DNA of 64,000 nt from a virus (Duplodnaviria; Caudoviricetes). Positions 8,830 through 15,805 of the stretch are shown here, piece after piece (position 1 is the first letter of the stretch; each line of letters starts with the position of its first letter). Both the position numbers and the translations under genes were made by a program. The stretch covers positions 1 through 64,000 of the IMG/VR virus record IMGVR_UViG_2862178590_000001; one strand, 5' to 3'. Below the pieces are notes generated by a model. It had not been told where the DNA came from and searched no databases. It saw only the letters and a program-made list of their open reading frames with translations.

Positions 8830-9399
8830 CTACTTCTTCTCCAGGTGCCGGTAGATGGTGGGGCGGCTGACGCCGAACTCGTCGGCGATCTGCTGCACGG
8901 TGTACCTGCGCTTGCCGTCGGCGCCGGTCTCGTCGTACATCTCCTGGGCCAGCTTTATCTGGCGAGGGCGCAGCTTCGGCTTCTGCCCGCCGGTGCGCCC
9001 GCGGGCTCGGGCGGCTTCGAGGCCTTGCTTGGTGCGTTCGACCATGAGGGAGTGCTCGAACTCGGCGACGGCGCCGAGGATGTGGAAGAACATTTGGCCG
9101 ACGGGGGTCGAGGTATCGATGCCCTGGTCCAGGACGACGAGTTCGACGCCGCGCTCGCGGAGGTCATCGCCGACGTCCATGAGGTTGCGGAGCGAGCGGC
9201 CGAGCCGGTCGAGCTTGGTGATGACGAGGTGGTCGCCGTCGCGGACGGCGACGAGGGCTTTGTCGAGTTCGGGGCGGGAGGCGAGCTTGCCGCTGAGCTT
9301 GTCGACGAATATCTGGTCGCAGTTAGCGGCAGTGAGGGCGTCGCGCTGAGCTTCGGGGTGTTGGTCGGAGGTGGACACGCGTCCGTAGCCGATTCGCAT
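8830..9399 (-). CDS. Small serine recombinase (resolvase/invertase) with C-terminal HTH
   Basis: GYGRVST, RPEL, KLDRLGRS, AEFE..LMVERT..GL, GVSRPTIYR. Confidence 0.95.
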   Translation of the reverse strand: MRIGYGRVSTSDQHPEAQRDALTAANCDQIFVDKLSGKLASRPELDKALVAVRDGDHLVITKLDRLGRSLRNLMDVGDDLRERGVELVVLDQGIDTSTPVGQMFFHILGAVAEFEHSLMVERTKQGLEAARARGRTGGQKPKLRPRQIKLAQEMYDETGADGKRRYTVQQIADEFGVSRPTIYRHLEKK

Positions 9400-9404
9400 A
9401 GCCC

Positions 9405-9545
9405 AGTGTATCGAGAAGGGGGGAGATCGTTACATAGATGCGGACACGGGATGTGTAACAACTCCCGCGCAGGACAGCCGAGTTCGTCGCTACTGGCTCA
9501 CAGACGTTCGTTTGCGGACAGTCGCTATGGGCGGGTTATCGAGAG
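9405..9545. promoter_or_regulatory. Putative res site
   Basis: GTTACA (9429) / TGTAAC (9454) inverted; TATCGAGA and GCGGACA each occur twice, upstream of the recombinase. Confidence 0.4.
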
Positions 9546-9598
9546 TCGTCCATGGTCAACTCCCCACCCCCAACGAGGCGTTAAGCGCCCCCGGCCAA

Positions 9599-9640
9599 CC
9601 TGTAGACGCGACTACAGGTTGACTGTAGAGTGGTCTACAG
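9599..9640 (+). promoter_or_regulatory. Promoter overlapped by two palindromic operators
   Basis: CTGTAG-N6-CTACAG (9600-9617) and CTGTAGA-N4-TCTACAG (9623-9640); -35 TAGACG (9603), 17 bp, -10 TAGAGT (9626). Confidence 0.6.
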
Positions 9641-9673
9641 AAGGGGCGAGGGTCGCACCCAAGAGAGGCCGCC

Positions 9674-10006
9674 ATGCTGACGATCACCACGCGCACCGGC
9701 GACTACTACGGCGACGGCAACCGCTACCACATCTGGGAGACCCACGACGCCGACGGTGAACTCATCGCGGAGCTCTACATCTCCACCGAACGCAACGAGA
9801 TCATGAACATCGAGGTCGGCGAAGACCACCGCGGCGAAGGCCACGCCCGCGCCCTCTACGAGGCCGCCAGCTCTCAAATCCCCGTCTTCCACGCCCCCGT
9901 AGCCCACCGCACCATCGAAGGCAACGCCTTCGCCGAGGCCGTCGGCGGCGAAACCGTCGCCCCCTACCCCTGCGACTGCGACGCCTGCAACTTCACCGAG
10001 GAGTGA
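9674..10006 (+). CDS. GNAT-fold acetyltransferase-like protein
   Basis: IEVGEDHRGEGHARALY acetyl-CoA binding motif A. Confidence 0.75.
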   Translation: MLTITTRTGDYYGDGNRYHIWETHDADGELIAELYISTERNEIMNIEVGEDHRGEGHARALYEAASSQIPVFHAPVAHRTIEGNAFAEAVGGETVAPYPCDCDACNFTEE

Positions 10007-10009
10007 CGC

Positions 10010-10372
10010 ATGCAGCGCTACGAACTCGAAGCCTGGCTCGGCGACAACCACGCCCTCAACGGCAACCAGATCGCCGAACTCCACCGCGCAGCTGACGACA
10101 TCGCGCAGCAGTACCCCGACGCCGATGACCGCGACGATCGTGAAGCCGCCCTAACTGCTGCCTACCGGCTCATGACCGAAGCGCCGGAGGACCTCGTCGC
10201 AGAACTCGGCAGGGAGCGTATCGATGCCCGACTGGCAGAGCGGAAGGCTTTCATCGGCCTGCGACAGATCGCTGTCACCCGCATCAACAACGGCGACGCC
10301 ACCGAGGCCGGGTTCGCGAAGCAGGCCGGTATCGACCGCATGACCGTCCGAAAGTGGCTCGGGAAGCGCTGA
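10010..10372 (+). CDS. Protein with C-terminal HTH
   Basis: EAGFAKQAGIDRMTVRKWLGK. Confidence 0.75.
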   Translation: MQRYELEAWLGDNHALNGNQIAELHRAADDIAQQYPDADDRDDREAALTAAYRLMTEAPEDLVAELGRERIDARLAERKAFIGLRQIAVTRINNGDATEAGFAKQAGIDRMTVRKWLGKR

Positions 10373-10427
10373 CTGCCTGGACGAGCAAGAGATGGCCGCA
10401 CGACCTACCACGTGAAGTGAGGACACC

Positions 10428-10685
10428 ATGTTCAAGCTGTGGCACCGTCCGAAGATCCGTAACGAACCGAAGTGCGACCGGTGCGGCGACCCAACAGGCA
10501 AGCCGTTCCTCTACGACACGCCAAAGACTCCGTGGTGTTGCGATCCGTGCGAGCAGAAGGTCACAGCGATCCTCCTGGGCGACGCCCACGAACGCATGGT
10601 CCACGGCCTCGACAACATCCTGGACGTAGAGGCCGGACTCGCCGACTTGTTCCGCAAGCTCGGCCCGCCACCCGCCGGGAAGTAA
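10428..10685 (+). CDS. Small Zn-ribbon protein
   Basis: CDRC and CCDPC. Confidence 0.6.
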   Translation: MFKLWHRPKIRNEPKCDRCGDPTGKPFLYDTPKTPWCCDPCEQKVTAILLGDAHERMVHGLDNILDVEAGLADLFRKLGPPPAGK

Positions 10686-10746
10686 CGAGCCCCCCGCCTG
10701 CCATCAATAGGCGGGGCCCTCCCCGGAACCTACCCGCACAGCGAAG

Positions 10747-10778
10747 CGGCCCCGCCCCTCCGGAGAGGACGGGGCCGT
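10747..10778. terminator. Hairpin between convergent genes
   Basis: GGCCCCG...CCTC-CGGA-GAGG...CGGGGCC. Confidence 0.5.
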
Positions 10779-10792
10779 CGGGTCGCCGCTCG

Positions 10793-12409
10793 CTACAGCC
10801 AGGGCCAGTTGGCGTCCCGGCCGCGGCTCAGCAGGTCGAGCATCGTGAACAGCTGGTCCGAGAACCCGCCGATCTCGAACCGGTTCGGCTGGCTCGTGTC
10901 GATCGACGACTTGCCGTACCCCGTCGTGTTGATCCCGAACATCGGCACGTGCGCCGGGACCGACTCCGACACTGACAGGCCTCGGTAGCCCGTCGCCCCC
11001 CAGACGGAGCCACGGCCGCCGTGCCCCGGATATGCGAACGCCTGCATGTCCGACACGATGACCACCCGGTCATGGCCCCGGTACGTCGACCGCAGTGCGG
11101 CGACCGTCTCCGTGCCGTGGCCCACCTCGCCGACCCGGGCACAGAACGCCTCGGTCTGCCGAAGCACGCTGCCACCCTTGACCAGCTCGTGCCGGAACAC
11201 TCCGTTCGCGTAGCCGACCAGGTCCACGTCGCAGCCGCGGCCGGCGAGCGCCACCGCGAACAGGGCACCGACGTCGACGTGCCGGATCTGGCTCTTCGCC
11301 GACACTGTGCCGGTCATGGACGCCGAGGTGTCCACGAGGACCAGGGTGCGGCCCGGCAGCGAGGGAATGTTCGCCGTCGACGCGAGCAGCGCCTGCTCCA
11401 GGGCGTGTCCCCAGCGCAACGAGGGGGCTGCGCGGTAAGCAGACAGGAATCGGTAGGGGAACTGCCGCGAGCGGCGCACCTCTTCCGGGTCCGCGAGCCG
11501 GGCCGCAACCAGCGCGGCCACGTCGTCCGGCACGCCAGCCTCGTCGAAGTTCCGCAGATTTCGGGTCAGCGCCATCAGGCCCAAGTGCGGGATGACCGCG
11601 GACCAGGCCGCAGCGTCCATCGGGCCGAGGCTCGACAGCTGCTCCCACGTCATGCCCGCCCGGCCGAGCCGCTCGGGGTCCTCCAGGAACCAGGCGCGCC
11701 GCTCCGCGTCGGGCATGGCCATTGCGGCCCGGTAGGCGGACAGGACAGGCAGCCGGTCGGTGACCCGTATGGTGTCGCGCTTCCACCGCCGGTCGGCGAG
11801 GTAGTCGAACAGGTCGGCCTGCCAGGGTCCTGCCGGTTCCGGCTTAGCGAGCGCGACGACGTCGGCCATGCGCCACTGCGAGGCGCCGCCGTCGTACTTG
11901 AGGGCGGCCCGCTCCTTGTACAGGCGCTGGACGGCGTCGGCGACACCGCGCTGGACGCCGCCGGGCAGGGTCTTCTTGCCGGTGCGGGCCTTCCAGTAGG
12001 CGATGAACTCGGCGGGCTCGTCGGCGCGGAGCATCGCGTCGGCGACCATTTTGCGGACGGAGATCGTCGGTTCGCGGTCCGTGCCTGCCTTGCGGGCGAT
12101 AGCGGACTCGGCGGCCATGACGATCGACGCCGAGCGCATGTTCATCGTCCCGCGCAGGTAGGGCACGAACTGGGCGACCCAGTCCGGGTCCTGGCGGGTC
12201 GCGGCGTGCACGAGTGCCCGGAACCGGTGGTCGCGGTCGGCGGCGCTCTCGTAGAACGTGTCCTCGCCGACCATGTTGACGACGGCGAACAGGAACAGGT
12301 CCGACTTGGCGTCGCGAGTGAAAGCGGCGCCGCCTTCGAAGGTGGTGGTGGTCCCGGTTGTGGTCACGGGGGACGTCGCTGTGCGCGGCGCGGAAGTGAA
12401 CTTGCCCAT
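10793..12409 (-). CDS. rsr: Ro60/TROVE RNA-binding protein (Rsr) with vWA domain
   Basis: N-terminal FEGG..F.RD.K..LF, MRS, ALTRNLRNF, SRQFPYRFLSAY, vWA VLVDTSASM, SDMQ, GFSD. Confidence 0.93.
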   Translation of the reverse strand: MGKFTSAPRTATSPVTTTGTTTTFEGGAAFTRDAKSDLFLFAVVNMVGEDTFYESAADRDHRFRALVHAATRQDPDWVAQFVPYLRGTMNMRSASIVMAAESAIARKAGTDREPTISVRKMVADAMLRADEPAEFIAYWKARTGKKTLPGGVQRGVADAVQRLYKERAALKYDGGASQWRMADVVALAKPEPAGPWQADLFDYLADRRWKRDTIRVTDRLPVLSAYRAAMAMPDAERRAWFLEDPERLGRAGMTWEQLSSLGPMDAAAWSAVIPHLGLMALTRNLRNFDEAGVPDDVAALVAARLADPEEVRRSRQFPYRFLSAYRAAPSLRWGHALEQALLASTANIPSLPGRTLVLVDTSASMTGTVSAKSQIRHVDVGALFAVALAGRGCDVDLVGYANGVFRHELVKGGSVLRQTEAFCARVGEVGHGTETVAALRSTYRGHDRVVIVSDMQAFAYPGHGGRGSVWGATGYRGLSVSESVPAHVPMFGINTTGYGKSSIDTSQPNRFEIGGFSDQLFTMLDLLSRGRDANWPWL

Positions 12410-12457
12410 CGGTCGCTCCAGATACGGGAGGGTTCCGGGCCGACGGACAGACTGCTG

Positions 12458-12587
12458 GGCGCCGCGAGTACCAATCGTGCAGGGGTGCGCCCCCGACGGG
12501 CGCTACATGGTCCAGACCGCGAGGCGGACCGTGCAGGAATCGAACCTGTACTCATGAAGTAGCCCTGCAACATCGCTTCGCGACGCC
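12458..12587 (-). ncRNA. Y RNA-like gene A (divergent YrlA type)
   Basis: 5' GGCGUCGCGAAGCG pairs with 3' GGUACUCGCGGCGCC; T-arm CAGG-UUCGAUU-CCUG, then acceptor-like GGUCCG/UGGACC, then UA-GCGC..GCGC D-like arm. Confidence 0.75.
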
Positions 12588-12646
12588 TTTGCAGTTGTCG
12601 GCCCGGCCGCGAGGCGACCGGAACGAGGATTCAACTGGACACGGGA

Positions 12647-12787
12647 GGCGGGCGAGTACCAGACGCACGAGCTACATAGCGCTCTACCAGCTGAGCTACC
12701 GGCCCCATGGAGGGGGCGCGGGCAGGACTCGAACCTGCGACCTCTCGTTCCTCAAACGAAGTAGGCCCGCACTGCGCTTCGCCAGCC
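12647..12787 (-). ncRNA. Y RNA-like gene B (YrlA type, circularly permuted tRNA mimic)
   Basis: T-arm GCAGG-UUCGAGU-CCUGC precedes an acceptor hairpin closed by CUCCAU and a canonical D-arm UAGCUCAGCUGGUAGAGC; ends GCGAAG / GGUACUCGC pair. Confidence 0.88.
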
Positions 12788-12815
12788 ACCCGTATCCAGT
12801 TGTCTCCCCGAAGGG

Positions 12816-12887
12816 TGCTGCGAGTACCAAGCGCCCGAGGACTGTGTCCGTTGGAAGGGAAGTAACCCCGGGCTGCGCTTCGCGGCA
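12816..12887 (-). ncRNA. Y RNA-like gene C (minimal, no tRNA-like domain)
   Basis: Same GCGAAGCGC / GCGCUUGGUACUCGC terminal helix, with pyrimidine loop UUACUUCCCUUCC. Confidence 0.7.
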
Positions 12888-12962
12888 ACGCCAGCCTACA
12901 GCCGTCCACTGACAACCTGTTGGGATTATCCGACCGTGCCGTGGCGGGCGGCTTGCATGACG

Positions 12963-12987
12963 AAAGCCCCCTCCCGGAGGAGGGGGC
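12963..12987 (-). terminator. Intrinsic terminator at the end of the lysis operon
   Basis: GCCCCCUCC-UCCG-GGAGGGGGC-UUU. Confidence 0.75.
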
Positions 12988-13003
12988 AGTTCGTAGCTTC
13001 GGC

Positions 13004-13051
13004 TCAGCAGAGGTTGAGCGAGACGAGCAGGTTCAGGACGAGCGACAGCAC
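13004..13051 (-). CDS. 15-aa hydrophobic micro-ORF MLSLVLNLLVSLNLC
   Basis: SD GGAGGTGA with GGAGG 7 nt before GTG; followed by the terminator; below the ORF track size cutoff. Confidence 0.55.
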   Translation of the reverse strand: MLSLVLNLLVSLNLC

Positions 13052-13096
13052 ACGATCACCTCCCTCCGGCGCGGCGGGCGGACGGCGGTCAGGCGT

Positions 13097-13648
13097 TCAG
13101 GCCGTGCTCCTCGCTCCGGCTGCGGCTGCGGCTTGCAGCATGTGGGTGTGGATCGCATCGACGCGGGCTCGTGCTTCCGCAGCGACCAGCGGATCCCTCA
13201 GCACCGTGAGCTGGTTGTCCTGGAGGGTTTCCCCGGAGCGGGACCAGTTCGTGGATCCGGTGACGACGTCGAGGCCGTCGACGATGAGCAGCTTCATGTG
13301 CATGATCGCCCCGTGTTCGGAGCGGCCGACCGCCACACTGTTCGCGGGGAACGCCGACTTCGCCAGCAGCTCCCGCTCGTGCACGCCGCCGGCCTGCGAC
13401 GAGTCGAGGGTGACCTGGACGAAGACGTGCTCGTCGTCGAGTTTCTCGTGCAGTGCGGCGGCGAGTTCGTCGTCATCGAAGCCGTACATGGCGCAGACCA
13501 GGCTCGACGTGGCCGACTTGATGATCTCAAGAAGTACGTCGTGGACGGCATCCACGGGTGAGTAGAAGGTGCGGGCGAACGCCGGGTAGCCGGGCGGGAA
13601 TCCGCCGGTCTTGTGTCCGTCCAGGACGGCCAGGTCAGCGAGAGCCAC
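13097..13648 (-). CDS. Phospholipase D-like (single HKD) protein
   Basis: HMKLLIVDG...GSTNWS = HxKxxxxD...GSxN. Confidence 0.9.
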   Translation of the reverse strand: MALADLAVLDGHKTGGFPPGYPAFARTFYSPVDAVHDVLLEIIKSATSSLVCAMYGFDDDELAAALHEKLDDEHVFVQVTLDSSQAGGVHERELLAKSAFPANSVAVGRSEHGAIMHMKLLIVDGLDVVTGSTNWSRSGETLQDNQLTVLRDPLVAAEARARVDAIHTHMLQAAAAAGARSTA

Positions 13649-13681
13649 AGGGGCCTCCGGGAGAGAGCGGACAGGTGCGGG

Positions 13682-13930
13682 TCAGCCCGTGGGCTGGGAG
13701 TCGCGGATGACGGCCCGGGTCTCGGCGTGCTGCCGGTCCGCATGCCGGCGCAGTGCGACATGCTGGGCGACCAGGGCCGGGGTGCCCCAGATCACCGACG
13801 CCGCCAAGTTCCCGGCGACGTCCGGCCAGTGGAAGACCAGCAGGTAGACGTCCAGGGCCAGCACCGCGAGGGCGGCGAGTATCCACCGGGTGCGGGGCAT
13901 TCGACTCGGCGCTGGGCGATCAATCATCAC
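13682..13930 (-). CDS. Small two-TM membrane protein (lysis cassette)
   Basis: Two hydrophobic segments and a charged tail. Confidence 0.6.
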   Translation of the reverse strand: MMIDRPAPSRMPRTRWILAALAVLALDVYLLVFHWPDVAGNLAASVIWGTPALVAQHVALRRHADRQHAETRAVIRDSQPTG

Positions 13931-14019
13931 TCACCCCCGTATGCCAAATTGCTGGTAAATATGGCCAGTTGATATTCCGTGCGCGCCATTTGGCCCGTGC
14001 GGGCCGGATAGAATTGAGT

Positions 14020-14472
14020 ATGGGAAACCTCACCACTCCCGAAAGGGAGCGATTCATGCTGCGCGTGCGACGCGACAGCGATTGCCTCGTATGGACCGGC
14101 CCTCTCGACAAGGACGGTTACGGGTTCTTCTATCTCCGCCGGAAGAACCGCCGCGCCCACCGCGTCGCCTGGTACGACATGCACGGCGAGATACCTGAAG
14201 GCATGGTCATCAACCACGTCTGCCGGAACCGGGCTTGCGTCAACGCCCAGCACCTCCAGGTCGTCACCATCAGGGAGAACGTCCTCAAGGACTCGGCGGC
14301 CGTGTCCGCGATCAACGCCCGAAAGACCCACTGCAAGCGCGGACACCCGTTTGACCGGGTTTACCGGAAGTCAGGTGACCGCGGGCATCAGCGCTATTGC
14401 AGCATCTGTGAGGCAGCAAAAAGCAGGAGGCTCCAAGCGAAATGGAGGGCCGAGGACAAGCTGAAGGTGTAG
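14020..14472 (+). CDS. HNH endonuclease, antisense to the lysis cassette
   Basis: CLVWTG..GYG, AHRVAW, INHVCRNRACVNAQHL, THCKRGHP; TAGAAT 5 nt before ATG suggests a leaderless mRNA. Confidence 0.9.
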   Translation: MGNLTTPERERFMLRVRRDSDCLVWTGPLDKDGYGFFYLRRKNRRAHRVAWYDMHGEIPEGMVINHVCRNRACVNAQHLQVVTIRENVLKDSAAVSAINARKTHCKRGHPFDRVYRKSGDRGHQRYCSICEAAKSRRLQAKWRAEDKLKV

Positions 14473-14479
14473 CCCGCCG

Positions 14480-15145
14480 CTACCAGCGCCTCCGATTCGG
14501 GTCCAGGGCCGCATTCTGCGGCGCCTTGGGTGCGGATGGTGTTGGCTGAGGCTGGTCGGGCTGGCAGTCGTACCGCGGATGGGCCTCATCGAAATTGGAT
14601 ACCGGTGAGCAGGTGTAATTCACCCCGCCGTAGGTGAAGGTCCATCCTGCGGGAGGAGAGCCCGCACTGCCTTGATCGCCCTTTGCGCCCTGGGGGCCCG
14701 TTGGGCCAGGAACGGTCGAGTCGCGCCCAGGCGCACCGGTAGGGCCGGCCGGGCCTGGCACGGTTGAGTCCTTGCCATCCCTGCCTGGAGGCCCGGAGGG
14801 CCCCACGGGCCCGGTCGAGCCCGGAGCCGGAGTGAGCGTCGGAGCCGCCAGGCCCGGATCGCCCTTGGGCCCTGAAGGGCCGATTGGGCCGGGCGGCCCG
14901 GTGACCGACTGGCCCGGGTCGCCCCGGCTGCCGGGCGGGCCGGCGACGGGTTGGTGCCCGAGCCCCTGCACCTGCCGGGCGAGGGCGTCCCTGGCCCCGT
15001 TGGCGACAGTGAGGTCGCTCTGCAACTGGTAGATGCTGAGGACAATCCCGGCGAGGACCGCGCCAAGGGCGAGCGCCCCGAACACGGCCCAGGTGTCGCC
15101 GCGCCGCCACCGGCGTTCTTCGGCGCGTATTTCGGTGCGGCTCAT
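14480..15145 (-). CDS. Membrane-anchored collagen-like protein
   Basis: N-terminal TM, coiled coil, G-X-Y runs, C-terminal Cys pair. Confidence 0.85.
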   Translation of the reverse strand: MSRTEIRAEERRWRRGDTWAVFGALALGAVLAGIVLSIYQLQSDLTVANGARDALARQVQGLGHQPVAGPPGSRGDPGQSVTGPPGPIGPSGPKGDPGLAAPTLTPAPGSTGPVGPSGPPGRDGKDSTVPGPAGPTGAPGRDSTVPGPTGPQGAKGDQGSAGSPPAGWTFTYGGVNYTCSPVSNFDEAHPRYDCQPDQPQPTPSAPKAPQNAALDPNRRRW

Positions 15146-15435
15146 CCCGTCCCCTTGGTGAGCAGCAGGATCATCGGCAGGAGGACGCTGACCAGCGGGA
15201 CGATGACCGCGCCGATGAGCCAGCGCCTGGTCGCGACGAGCTTCTCGGCGTCTTTCTCGCGCAAGGTCTCCAGGGTGGAGACGCGTGCGGCGAGGCTCTC
15301 GTGCCGCAGGTCGTAGACCCGCTGGTCGACTTTTTCGTCCAGGCGGCGGCCGAGCTGCTGGATGTCCTCGCGGACGTCGGCGAGCCGGTCCTCGAAGCGG
15401 CGGGCGATCTCGCCGAGGGTCGGATCGTCCGGCAC
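15142..15435 (-). CDS. Coiled-coil protein with C-terminal TM (lysis accessory)
   Basis: Heptads followed by WLIGAVIVPLVSVLLPMILLL. Confidence 0.75.
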   Translation of the reverse strand: MPDDPTLGEIARRFEDRLADVREDIQQLGRRLDEKVDQRVYDLRHESLAARVSTLETLREKDAEKLVATRRWLIGAVIVPLVSVLLPMILLLTKGTG

Positions 15436-15447
15436 GTCGTGCTCCGA

Positions 15448-15804
15448 TCAGACAGCCGTCGGACGGCTGATGGCCGGCGCCGGGACCTTCGCGGTGACTT
15501 GGGTGCGCACGAACATCGCGATGCCGATCTGTACGGCCGACAGGACGAGGGCTTGCTGGTCGGCGGACCAGTGCAGGCCGAAGCCGACAGCGAGGGCGAG
15601 GGCGGCCTGCGTGAGGCCGTACAGCGGTGCGGCCAGTGCGTCGTGGGCCATGACCGCGACCACGAGACCAACGGCCGCGGCCGCGACGGCGTTGAGGACG
15701 GCCTGCTGGTCCGAGCTGAGGCCGACGCCGAACGCTGCGAGGAGCTTGATGGCGACGGCGGCGAAGGCCGTGAGGGCCGCCGGTTCCCTTCCGAAGATCT
15801 TCAT
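15448..15804 (-). CDS. Holin
   Basis: MKIFGREPA...VRTQVT, multiple TMs, directly after the endolysin. Confidence 0.8.
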   Translation of the reverse strand: MKIFGREPAALTAFAAVAIKLLAAFGVGLSSDQQAVLNAVAAAAVGLVVAVMAHDALAAPLYGLTQAALALAVGFGLHWSADQQALVLSAVQIGIAMFVRTQVTAKVPAPAISRPTAV

Positions 15805-15805
15805 G

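Noticed and set aside
8830-9399. Resolvase as prophage integrase or Tn3 transposon
   Set aside because: 189 aa with no large recombinase/Zn domains; no transposase or terminal inverted repeats seen.
12676-12750. Apparent tRNA gene (perfect D-arm and T-arm)
   Set aside because: On the coding strand the T-arm precedes the D-arm, the acceptor is closed by a loop and there is no CCA end. It is a YrlA-type mimic, not a tRNA.
5769-13051. RiPP link between the HFCD flavoprotein and the Cys-terminated 15-aa peptide (EpiD-like decarboxylation)
   Set aside because: The genes are 6.7 kb apart on different strands, the flavoprotein seems to lack the catalytic His, and no other RiPP enzymes or leader are present.
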